Virus record (IMG/VR): IMGVR_UViG_3300030372_000660
Span: 1 to 29,895 of that record
Source: a virus
Taxonomy: Duplodnaviria; Caudoviricetes
Length of the DNA: 29,895 bases
Strand: one strand, 5' to 3'
This document shows, one piece after another, positions 9,261 through 17,030 of this stretch. The notes below the pieces were generated by a model. It searched no databases. It saw only the letters and a program-made list of their open reading frames with translations, and had not been told where the DNA came from. The translations under genes and the position numbers were made by a program. How positions within the stretch are numbered: the first letter of the stretch is position 1; every line of letters begins with the position of its first letter.

Positions 9261-9554
9261 TTGGTGAACACAGATAAGTTCGAGATATCAATAGGTGATT
9301 TAGGAGTAAAAACAACTAACTATAGAGGACACTCTGTAGAAGAAGTTGCAGATATGGCTGTTTCAAGACTTGTTTCTATAAGCGATACAGCACCACATCA
9401 AATCAAAGCGCAGGCACACGCTTTTAAAAATCAATGCCACACAGTAATTACCTATTACATGAATGAAGCTATCAAGAATCATATGTGTACTATAGGTAAT
9501 CAATTAGAAAAACAAGGTCATACAGACCTAGCCAATATCATTAGGAGATTATAA
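9261..9554 (+). CDS. Hypothetical protein
   Basis: 97 aa; RBS GGAGAG suggests a GTG start at 9264; motifs RGHSVEE and IKAQAHAFK. Confidence 0.65.
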   Translation: MVNTDKFEISIGDLGVKTTNYRGHSVEEVADMAVSRLVSISDTAPHQIKAQAHAFKNQCHTVITYYMNEAIKNHMCTIGNQLEKQGHTDLANIIRRL

Positions 9555-9556
9555 CT

Positions 9557-9988
9557 ATGGCTATCACCCAAGCTATGTGTACCTCATTTAAGAAAGAACT
9601 ACTTGAGGGTGTTCACAATTTTAAGAACTCAGGCGGTAATACATTTCGTTTAGCTTTATATGACAGTTCAGCAACAATGTCAGCCGCAACAACAGCCTAC
9701 ACTACTTCAGATGAAGTAAGTGGAACTAACTATACAGCTAAAGGTAACACTTTAACTCGTGTTGACCCTACAACATCAGGAACTACAGCTTTTACAGATT
9801 TTGCTGATCTAACATTTGGTACAGCTACAGTAACAGCGAGAGGTTGCATGATATACAATGACTCAGCTTCTGGCGATCCAGCAGTAGCAGTTTTTGATTT
9901 TGGCGGAAATAAAACCTCTACAGCAGGTAGTTTTACAATTACATTTCCAGCCGCAGATGCTTCTAACGCAGTAATAAGAATAGCGTAA
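9557..9988 (+). CDS. Conserved virion structural (tail/fibre-associated) protein
   Basis: MAITQAMCTSFKxELL, FRLALY, TARGCMIYN and FDFGG..S..G.FTI.FP motifs. Confidence 0.7.
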   Translation: MAITQAMCTSFKKELLEGVHNFKNSGGNTFRLALYDSSATMSAATTAYTTSDEVSGTNYTAKGNTLTRVDPTTSGTTAFTDFADLTFGTATVTARGCMIYNDSASGDPAVAVFDFGGNKTSTAGSFTITFPAADASNAVIRIA

Positions 9989-9991
9989 GAA

Positions 9992-10801
9992 ATGTCAACT
10001 GAAGGCTGGGGTCGAGGCACATGGGGTGAAGGTCCGTGGGGTCAACCATCTCAACAGAATATATCTTTTTCTATTACAGGTGTAGGAAGTACAGGTGCTG
10101 TAGGTACTTGTGTTGCTTCAATACCTAAATCAGTAGATGTAACAGGATTTTCTGCAACAGGTAATCTAGGTGCTATAGCATCAGTTGTTGGTAATTCTAA
10201 TGTTACTGAAGCAGGAGTAGCAGGAACTACAGCATTAGGAACAATAACAGCATCTATACCAGTAACAGTAACAGAAACAGGTGTATCTGCTACAAGTGCA
10301 TTAGGTTCTATTGCATCAGTAATAGGTACTTCTAATGTAATAGAAACAGGAGTGGAAGGCACAGGAGCAGTAAATACTCTAGTTGCTTCTAACCCTATAA
10401 CATTTTCTATTACTGGTACAACATCTACAGGTGGAGTGGGTACTACAACAGCCGCAGGTGTAGCAATAACAGGAGTATCTGGAATTGCATCTACAACTTT
10501 CTTGGGTGATGAACAAGTTGTAATACCTATAACACAAGCTATTACAGGTGTAGCAGGTACTGGTAATATAGGAGAGGAACTTGTAACAGGTGAAGGTTTT
10601 GTAGTAGAAACAGGAGAAGTTGGTACTGGTTCAGTTGGTTCTGTAACTATATCCGCAGGAGCAACAGCACCAGTAACTAGTGTTATTGCTACTGGAGCAG
10701 TAACAAGTTTAATCGTATGGGGTGAAGTAGATGATGCTCAAACTCCAAATTATCAATCAGTAAACGACAGTCAAACTGTCGATTGGCAAGAGGTAGCATA
10801 G
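9992..10801 (+). CDS. Gly/Thr/Val-rich repetitive virion fibre-like protein
   Basis: N-terminal GWGRGTWGEGPWG followed by imperfect repeats of about 25-27 aa (xTGVxxTGAVG). Confidence 0.6.
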   Translation: MSTEGWGRGTWGEGPWGQPSQQNISFSITGVGSTGAVGTCVASIPKSVDVTGFSATGNLGAIASVVGNSNVTEAGVAGTTALGTITASIPVTVTETGVSATSALGSIASVIGTSNVIETGVEGTGAVNTLVASNPITFSITGTTSTGGVGTTTAAGVAITGVSGIASTTFLGDEQVVIPITQAITGVAGTGNIGEELVTGEGFVVETGEVGTGSVGSVTISAGATAPVTSVIATGAVTSLIVWGEVDDAQTPNYQSVNDSQTVDWQEVA

Positions 10802-10804
10802 AAA

Positions 10805-11743
10805 ATGGCAACTTATATAAATGACTTAAGACTAAAAGAAATATCTACAGGTGACGAGTCTGGAACATGGGGTACGAGTACGAACTCTAATTTAGAGCTT
10901 ATTGCGGAAGCATTTGGTTATGGTACAGAAGCTATAACTACTAACGCAGATACACATACTTCAACTATTGCAGATGGTGCAAGTGATCCAGTAAGAAGTA
11001 TGTATGTTAAGTATACAGGAGCTTTAGACTCTGATTGTACTATAACAATAGCACCAAATAATCTTTCAAAAGTTTGGATGATAGAAAATGCCACAACTGA
11101 TTCAGGAAGTTCTGGACCTTATAATATAATTATATCTCAAGGTTCTGGAGCTAATGTAACAATACCTAACTCAGCAGTTAAAGTAATATTTACTGATGGT
11201 GCTGGTTCAGGTGCGGCAGTAACTGATGCTTTTACAGATTTAGATGTAGGAAACACTTTAAAAATATCAGGCACAACTCCGACATTGACTATAGGAGATG
11301 CTGGTGCAGAGGATACCAAAATAGTCTTTGACGGCAATGCGCAAGACTTTTATGTTGGTCTTGACGATAGTGCTGATGACTTAGTTATTGGTAAGGGATC
11401 GGCAGTAGGTACAACACCAGCTTTATCTATAGATGAAAATATGAACGCTACTTTTGCTGATGGTACTTCTGATGTAGATATAGCATCACATGATGGCTCT
11501 AATGGTTTGAAACTAGGTGGTACTCTTGTGACAAGTACAGCCGCAGAACTTAATGTAATGGATGGTGGCACAGCCGCTAGTTCAGTAACACTTGCAGATG
11601 CCGATAGAGTTGTAATTAATGATGGCGGTACAATGAAACAAATAGCAATGACTACTCTTGATGCAGATAGGTTTACAATAACTACAACTGCACCTACTGA
11701 TGGAACAGGCAAAAGAACTGGTCATGTCTTTTATGTCGTATAA
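10805..11743 (+). CDS. Putative tail fibre / fibre-base protein
   Basis: TGDESGTWGTSTNxNL N-terminal anchor, TAAELN and DADRVVINDGGTMKQ fibre motifs, and a C-terminal TAP...GHVFY. Confidence 0.65.
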   Translation: MATYINDLRLKEISTGDESGTWGTSTNSNLELIAEAFGYGTEAITTNADTHTSTIADGASDPVRSMYVKYTGALDSDCTITIAPNNLSKVWMIENATTDSGSSGPYNIIISQGSGANVTIPNSAVKVIFTDGAGSGAAVTDAFTDLDVGNTLKISGTTPTLTIGDAGAEDTKIVFDGNAQDFYVGLDDSADDLVIGKGSAVGTTPALSIDENMNATFADGTSDVDIASHDGSNGLKLGGTLVTSTAAELNVMDGGTAASSVTLADADRVVINDGGTMKQIAMTTLDADRFTITTTAPTDGTGKRTGHVFYVV

Positions 11744-11759
11744 AAACAAAGAATAAAGA

Positions 11760-12683
11760 ATGGCTATTAAGATATGGGATGGTGACTCTTTAGAAACACC
11801 CAATCCAATAATAATAAAAGTAACCAATGGAAATCATAGGTTCGTAAATTTTGCTGTTGTAGTAGAAACAGATGGTTCATTGACTACATTTTATAATGCT
11901 ATTCATGCTACATCTTCAAATACAACAACAACTTTTAGTACAAGTAAATCGACAACAACAACTTTTGCAACAACAGTTTCTACTAGTAATAGTACAACAA
12001 CTACTTTTAATACGACTGCTTCTACAACAAGAACAACTGCTACAACTTTATCGACTACTACTACTTTTAGCACTAGCAAATCAACTACTACTACTTTTGG
12101 TACATCTAAAAGTACAACAACTAGTTATAATACAAATACAAGTGTGACTACAAATACAAATAGAAGCACATCTAAATCGACTACTACTACTTTTAATACA
12201 TCTTTTAATACAACTTTTACTACTGGTTTTGCAGATGAAAGCACTCAATTTGTTACAACTACTACATTAAGTACAACAAGAAGTACCTCAAAAAGCACAA
12301 CTACAACTTTTAATACAAGTTTCAATACAACTTTTTTGAGAAGCACTTCTACATCCAGAACCACAACAACTAATTTTAATACGACTTTATCTACTACAAC
12401 GACATTTAATACTAGTACAACAACATTAACTTCATTTAATACTACGACTACATTCGATACTGAAATATCTACTAGTAGAACTACGACTACAACTAATAGT
12501 ACAACTTTCAATACTACGACAACTACTACTACAACTTTTAATACTACAAAAACTACTGCAACTACAATTTTTGAAAGAACAACAGCAACAGGAAATACAG
12601 GAACTTTATTTCAAACACAAGTAGCATCTGCTAATGCACACAATGCTAGATATTGGGATGGAGATTCTTGGGAAGAGGATTAA
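11760..12683 (+). CDS. Thr-rich fibre-like protein A (predicted long beta-hairpin)
   Basis: 48-aa N cap and 34-aa C cap shared with 14475..15287; the core is built of STSKSTTTTF-like decads. Confidence 0.8.
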   Translation: MAIKIWDGDSLETPNPIIIKVTNGNHRFVNFAVVVETDGSLTTFYNAIHATSSNTTTTFSTSKSTTTTFATTVSTSNSTTTTFNTTASTTRTTATTLSTTTTFSTSKSTTTTFGTSKSTTTSYNTNTSVTTNTNRSTSKSTTTTFNTSFNTTFTTGFADESTQFVTTTTLSTTRSTSKSTTTTFNTSFNTTFLRSTSTSRTTTTNFNTTLSTTTTFNTSTTTLTSFNTTTTFDTEISTSRTTTTTNSTTFNTTTTTTTTFNTTKTTATTIFERTTATGNTGTLFQTQVASANAHNARYWDGDSWEED

Positions 12684-12698
12684 TAAGGAGAGTAAATA

Positions 12699-12854
12699 AT
12701 GGATATTCAGGGAGAGTTGAATAATCTTAAAGAAGCACACAAAACAAGTGAAAGAAGAACAGAAGAAACATTATCTATAATAATTGAGCATTTCAAAGAA
12801 ATGGAAGAAAGAATGGAAGCTCTAGAAGAAAAGGTAAAAGATAATGACTCTTGA
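12699..12854 (+). CDS. Small coiled-coil protein, 51 aa (absent from the ORF track)
   Basis: RBS AAGGAG at 12685-12690; translates as MDIQGELNNLKEAHKTSERRTEETLSIIIEHFKEMEERMEALEEKVKDNDS; overlaps the next start. Confidence 0.75.
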   Translation: MDIQGELNNLKEAHKTSERRTEETLSIIIEHFKEMEERMEALEEKVKDNDS

Positions 12855-13743
12855 AACATTAGCCTTTAATGATGTTCTAAATGATGATACAGCACATTTT
12901 TTTAAATCAGGAAATATAAGAAGATCATCTAAAAATAAAAGATTAAGTAAGTTACATCAGCTATTACCGGAAAAAGGTAATCATGAGACAAACCTAGAGT
13001 ATGACATTTGGTACGACTTTAAGAACGAACCTAAAATAAGAGGTTATGTCTACACAGATGTAATGACAAAATTTATTTATTTGAAACCAGCTTCTAGTAT
13101 GTTTTGTGAGTCAGTTATTAAAGAAGCTATAAAACAAGACATAACAGAAGAGGGTGAAGCAATATTCCAAGATATTCTAGATACTCCTAATGATAAATAT
13201 AAGTTAAGTAAATCTGATGCAGAATATCCTTATGTAATATTTCTTCCCGGAACTAACATATTGTTTGATGTTATAGACGAAGAAAGAATAAAAAATGCAG
13301 TTGAAAAAGATGGTGCTAAATTAAAACTACATCCCTTAACATCACCATTCGCTGTATCTTACCTAAAAGATCAATATGGAAAAGAAAATTTAATAGATAG
13401 AAAATTATCAGGGCATGATGTTTTAAAGAAATCTAAAATAGTAGGAACATTCAGTAATTCAGAGATGGGATTAGTTGCATTAGCACAAGGTAGCAAAGTA
13501 AATATCTTTGATAAAAGAAATATAGTAGGAAAAACATATACACCTATTTATAATGTATTGTGGAGAGAGAAAGAAGCTAATATAGAAGAACTAAAAAGAT
13601 TACTGTCTTGTGACTTCTGTGGTTTAGTTTCGTACTTATCAAAAAACCCAGAACAAAAAATAAAAAACTTCTGGGATTTTTTTAAGGATGTGATTCATGT
13701 TAAACCTAAAAAACCTAAAAGTCTTAATACTGGAAAAAAATAA
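12844..13743 (+). CDS. KpsS/KpsC-like (GT-B) glycosyltransferase-like protein
   Basis: LKLHP and VGTFSNSEMGLVALAQGSKV resemble the K.HP and T.NS..G.EAL..GK.V motifs of capsule biosynthesis (CMP-sugar) transferases. Confidence 0.55.
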   Translation: MTLETLAFNDVLNDDTAHFFKSGNIRRSSKNKRLSKLHQLLPEKGNHETNLEYDIWYDFKNEPKIRGYVYTDVMTKFIYLKPASSMFCESVIKEAIKQDITEEGEAIFQDILDTPNDKYKLSKSDAEYPYVIFLPGTNILFDVIDEERIKNAVEKDGAKLKLHPLTSPFAVSYLKDQYGKENLIDRKLSGHDVLKKSKIVGTFSNSEMGLVALAQGSKVNIFDKRNIVGKTYTPIYNVLWREKEANIEELKRLLSCDFCGLVSYLSKNPEQKIKNFWDFFKDVIHVKPKKPKSLNTGKK

Positions 13744-14431
13744 TCTTTTAAAGCTAACAACTAATTCATTAGATCAGAATAATCCAGAGATAAAATACAA
13801 GGTAATAACTAAAGATAAAGTATCTAATAGTATTATTGGAACTGCATTATCAAATATTAAAGAAACTACACTTGTTATAAAAAGTGGTTTAGTTTTAAAT
13901 TTAACTAATAAAGATTTACCAGCAAAAAGAAAGTTAAATAAATATGATATTTGTGTAAGTAGACAAGCTGTATTCATAGACCATGATAGAATAAAAGTAC
14001 ACTATCCTTATGTTAAGGGTAAGTTGCATAAAAAGATATTAGACCTGTCTATATTCTTTATTAATCCCAAAAGATGGGATCAGATTCCTGACAAAGATAC
14101 AGGAATAATTTCAGGCAAAAAGAAATTAATAATGCCTAGATATATGAATCATAAAGATGATGTTTTATTTTCAGAAGAATCTACTGCGGCTATTGATGCT
14201 TTGCACTACGGAGTATTAGGAGAACAGGCTTCTGTATATAATTATGTAAATGCTATTGAGAAAAATGAAATAAATGTTTTAGAAACTTATGCTTATTGTT
14301 TTGATAAATTGCTTCCTTATATAAAAGGTTTACCTAAGAAAGAAAAAGATCGTGTTAAATATTTAGGAAACAAAACAAAAATTAGAATATCAAACACTAG
14401 AGAAAAACTACATGAGTTAAGGAATCTTTAA
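13697..14431 (+). CDS. Divergent GT-A (GT8-like) protein
   Basis: SIFFINPKRW resembles the GT8 GvmliN...W motif; also MPRYMN and LHY. The expected DxD is replaced (LVIKSG). Confidence 0.35.
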   Translation: MLNLKNLKVLILEKNNLLKLTTNSLDQNNPEIKYKVITKDKVSNSIIGTALSNIKETTLVIKSGLVLNLTNKDLPAKRKLNKYDICVSRQAVFIDHDRIKVHYPYVKGKLHKKILDLSIFFINPKRWDQIPDKDTGIISGKKKLIMPRYMNHKDDVLFSEESTAAIDALHYGVLGEQASVYNYVNAIEKNEINVLETYAYCFDKLLPYIKGLPKKEKDRVKYLGNKTKIRISNTREKLHELRNL

Positions 14432-14434
14432 TGG

Positions 14435-14467
14435 CTCGTTAACTTTTACAGAAATTAATTAACGAGG
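14435..14467 (+). promoter_or_regulatory. Hairpin overlapping the RBS of Thr-rich protein B
   Basis: CTCGTTAA (14435-14442) pairs with TTAACGAG (14459-14466); the SD GAGG lies at 14464-14467 and the ATG at 14475. Confidence 0.45.
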
Positions 14468-14474
14468 TTTTAGA

Positions 14475-15287
14475 ATGGCAATAAAGATTTGGGATGGTAG
14501 TTCGATTGGAACACCAAATCCTATAATTGTAAAAGTTACTGATGGAAGTTTGCGTTTTGTCAACTTTGCTGTTGTTATAGAAACAGATGGTTCTCTTACA
14601 ACTTTCTACAATGCTATAAAACAAACTACAAGAAACACAACAACCACATTTAGTACAACTAATTCAACGACTACAACTTTTAACACAACTCGTTCTACAA
14701 CAACATCAACATCTACAACTAATAGCACTACGACTACTTTCAATACAAGTAAGTCAACTACTACTACTTTTAATACAACTAGATCGACTACGACTTCGTT
14801 TAACACTACAACAACTTTTGGAACTTCTAGAACGACTTCTTTTACAACTTCGTTCAATACAAGTTTCACAACTACTTTTAGTACAAACCTTCCGGGTAAA
14901 GGAGGAGGTTCTCAGAATACTTCTCGTACTACATCTCAAGGTACTTCTCGAACTACTTCTGTTACGACTTCGTTCAACACTAGTAGATCGACTGCCACAA
15001 GTGTAAGTACGACTACAACTTTTTCAACAAGCAAAAGCACAACTACTACTTTTGGAACAAGTAATAGCACTACGACAACTTTTAACACGACAACTACATT
15101 TGACACTACTGTTGAAACAACTGCTAGTACGACTACTACATTTAATACAACGACTACTACAGCTACAACAATATTTGAAAGAGTTACAGCTACAGGAAAT
15201 ACAGGCTCATTAGTTGCAACAGAAGTAGCTTCTGCTAACGCACATAATTCTAGATATTGGGATGGTGATTCATGGGAGGAAGATTAG
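14475..15287 (+). CDS. Thr-rich fibre-like protein B (paralog of 11760..12683)
   Basis: Same caps (MAIKIWDG...TDGSLTTFYNAI; TTIFER.TATGNTG...RYWDGDSWEED), a shorter core and a central NLPGKGGGSQN loop. Confidence 0.8.
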   Translation: MAIKIWDGSSIGTPNPIIVKVTDGSLRFVNFAVVIETDGSLTTFYNAIKQTTRNTTTTFSTTNSTTTTFNTTRSTTTSTSTTNSTTTTFNTSKSTTTTFNTTRSTTTSFNTTTTFGTSRTTSFTTSFNTSFTTTFSTNLPGKGGGSQNTSRTTSQGTSRTTSVTTSFNTSRSTATSVSTTTTFSTSKSTTTTFGTSNSTTTTFNTTTTFDTTVETTASTTTTFNTTTTTATTIFERVTATGNTGSLVATEVASANAHNSRYWDGDSWEED

Positions 15288-15288
15288 A

Positions 15289-15849
15289 ATGACAATGACT
15301 GTAACGAAAATTAACTATAGTGATATAGACCAAACAATTTTCGAGGAATGTTTTAATAAATCATTACCTTATTTTGATGGAGATAAACCAAACATAATAT
15401 GGGATGAATTTAACTTGACTGTTAGTTCTAGCACAGCAGACAAGCTTGAAGCTATAAGAACTCTATTTAAAGACAGAGAAGGCAAAGATGACTTTGCTAT
15501 TTTTAAATTAGATATAGATGGAAGAATAGTAAATTATGGTTGTGGCAGAAGAGAATTACAAGGCAATAAAATGTTTAACCATGAACTAGACTTGTATAGA
15601 GAAGATGCTGGTGGCAGTCAAGGTTGGTGTTATACTTTAGAGTATCATAAGGTAACAGATGAATTTTATAGAAGTGTTTCTGAAAACTGTGCTGAATCTA
15701 GTGTATGGGTTGTAGAAGGTTCTAATATGGAACAAACATATATTGATTGCGCTAGTTCTGGATGGATTGAATATACTAATCCTATAACTATAGAATACCA
15801 TGACAAAGGATTTAAATATAAAAAACTAGTGGTAACTTTTAAAGGATGA
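15289..15849 (+). CDS. Hypothetical protein (weak GNAT-like pattern)
   Basis: ATG 15289 after GGAGGA is preferred over the track start at 15262. The IFKLDIDGRIVNYG strand pattern is only suggestive. Confidence 0.55.
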   Translation: MTMTVTKINYSDIDQTIFEECFNKSLPYFDGDKPNIIWDEFNLTVSSSTADKLEAIRTLFKDREGKDDFAIFKLDIDGRIVNYGCGRRELQGNKMFNHELDLYREDAGGSQGWCYTLEYHKVTDEFYRSVSENCAESSVWVVEGSNMEQTYIDCASSGWIEYTNPITIEYHDKGFKYKKLVVTFKG

Positions 15850-15879
15850 TTTAAGTTACTATAATGGTGAGGAGAGAGA

Positions 15880-16332
15880 GTGATGGCTAAAAAAATTATA
15901 ATAGATAATATCTATTTGAAAGAAAGTAATATAGAAACACCAAATCAGGTAGAAATTTTTGGCAAAGAAATTGCTGAAGTTAAATGTGACTTGTCTTGTC
16001 AATCTGATTTTAAAAAAATATTTTTTGATGAAAAAGAAACTTATGAAGTTGGTTTGTCTTTTCAGATAGCTTCGAGTTGTAAAGTTGATCAATATAATTT
16101 GCACTTATATACACTTAACTTTATACAATCTGGTCTATTTAGATTAGAAGGTTATAAAAAAGAAGATGAAGTTCTAGAAGTATTAGCTGTAGAAATTCCT
16201 AACATACTATTTCCTTATGCTAGGCTTCATGCAGAATTAATTACCAAAAGCACAGGACTTCATCCAGTCTTGATGCAAGAGATAAACTTTAAAGAAATCT
16301 ATTACAAAGAAATCGGCAAAAAGTACAAATAA
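15880..16332 (+). CDS. secB: SecB-like protein-export chaperone
   Basis: IYLKExxIExPN, YEVxL, QSGLFxL, LAVExPNILFPYAR and GxxPVLMxxINF are characteristic SecB motifs; 150 aa. Confidence 0.85.
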   Translation: MMAKKIIIDNIYLKESNIETPNQVEIFGKEIAEVKCDLSCQSDFKKIFFDEKETYEVGLSFQIASSCKVDQYNLHLYTLNFIQSGLFRLEGYKKEDEVLEVLAVEIPNILFPYARLHAELITKSTGLHPVLMQEINFKEIYYKEIGKKYK

Positions 16333-17030
16333 TGTTTACTTTTGAAGAGCTAATAGAACCTTTACCTTTAGATGATTTTTACAATATTTATTACAAAAAA
16401 AGATCGTGTGTAATAAAAGGTAATGATTTTAGAAAAGATTTATTTTCTAAGATAATTACTTGGCAAAAGTTTTCTAGATATATAAACAATGATAGAGCTG
16501 TTTCTGGTTTACAAGCTATCTTGCCTGATGGAAGAAAGCTGTGCATGGAAAAATTAAATTTATATAAATCTAAAAAACCTGCATGGTGTAAAAAAGATTA
16601 TTATGAAAAGAAGTTTTTGCATGATATATGGAATAATCATGGCTCAATAATTTTAACTAAAGCATCTTTACTTACTCCTGAGATATCTAGTATTGCAGGA
16701 GCTATTGAGGAACATTTTGGTGGCGCGGCTGATGCACATTTTTATTGTAGCTATAGTGAAAAATCTAATTCATTTAAAGAACACGCAGATTTAGATGATA
16801 ATTTTTTAGTTCATGCTAATGGAAGTGTTAGATGGACTGTATATAATTCTTTAGAAAATAAAGAAGATGATATAACAGAACATGATCTAACAGTAGGTGA
16901 TTTACTTTATATACCGAAAGGTTTGAAACATAAAGCTATACCTTTATCAAAAAGAATATCTATATCCGTACCATTGAATCAAGGTATAACAGCAAAGCCA
17001 TTGGATAGAACAGTTTATGACTTTTCTTAA
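16332..17030 (+). CDS. JmjC / cupin_4 2OG-Fe(II) oxygenase (RoxA/YcfD-like)
   Basis: HxD (HAD..DNF..H..GxxxW) and LxxGDLLYIPKGxxH supply the facial triad. Confidence 0.85.
   Translation: MFTFEELIEPLPLDDFYNIYYKKRSCVIKGNDFRKDLFSKIITWQKFSRYINNDRAVSGLQAILPDGRKLCMEKLNLYKSKKPAWCKKDYYEKKFLHDIWNNHGSIILTKASLLTPEISSIAGAIEEHFGGAADAHFYCSYSEKSNSFKEHADLDDNFLVHANGSVRWTVYNSLENKEDDITEHDLTVGDLLYIPKGLKHKAIPLSKRISISVPLNQGITAKPLDRTVYDFS

Noticed and set aside
12245-14939. Val-rich minus-strand ORFs (12245..12511, 14606..14869) and alternative-frame ORFs over the Thr-rich genes
   Set aside because: They are shadows of ACN codon runs, lack an RBS and run against or within a clearly coding + frame.
11900-15180. 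Repetitive DNA as a possible CRISPR array, microsatellite or DGR template/variable repeat pair
   Set aside because: The repeats are conserved only at protein level with scrambled third positions. There is no repeat-spacer pattern, no obvious adenine-specific divergence and no reverse transcriptase or cas gene.
11760-15287. Ice-binding or ice-nucleation protein interpretation
   Set aside because: The proteins lack the regular TxT coil spacing with Gly/Cys turns and the AGYGST repeats of known beta-solenoid ice binders. The mirror register favours a hairpin, although ice affinity of the Thr face is not excluded.
15880-16332. Toxin-antitoxin-chaperone (TAC) operon
   Set aside because: No HigBA, MqsRA, HicAB or CmdTA-like pair next to the SecB gene.
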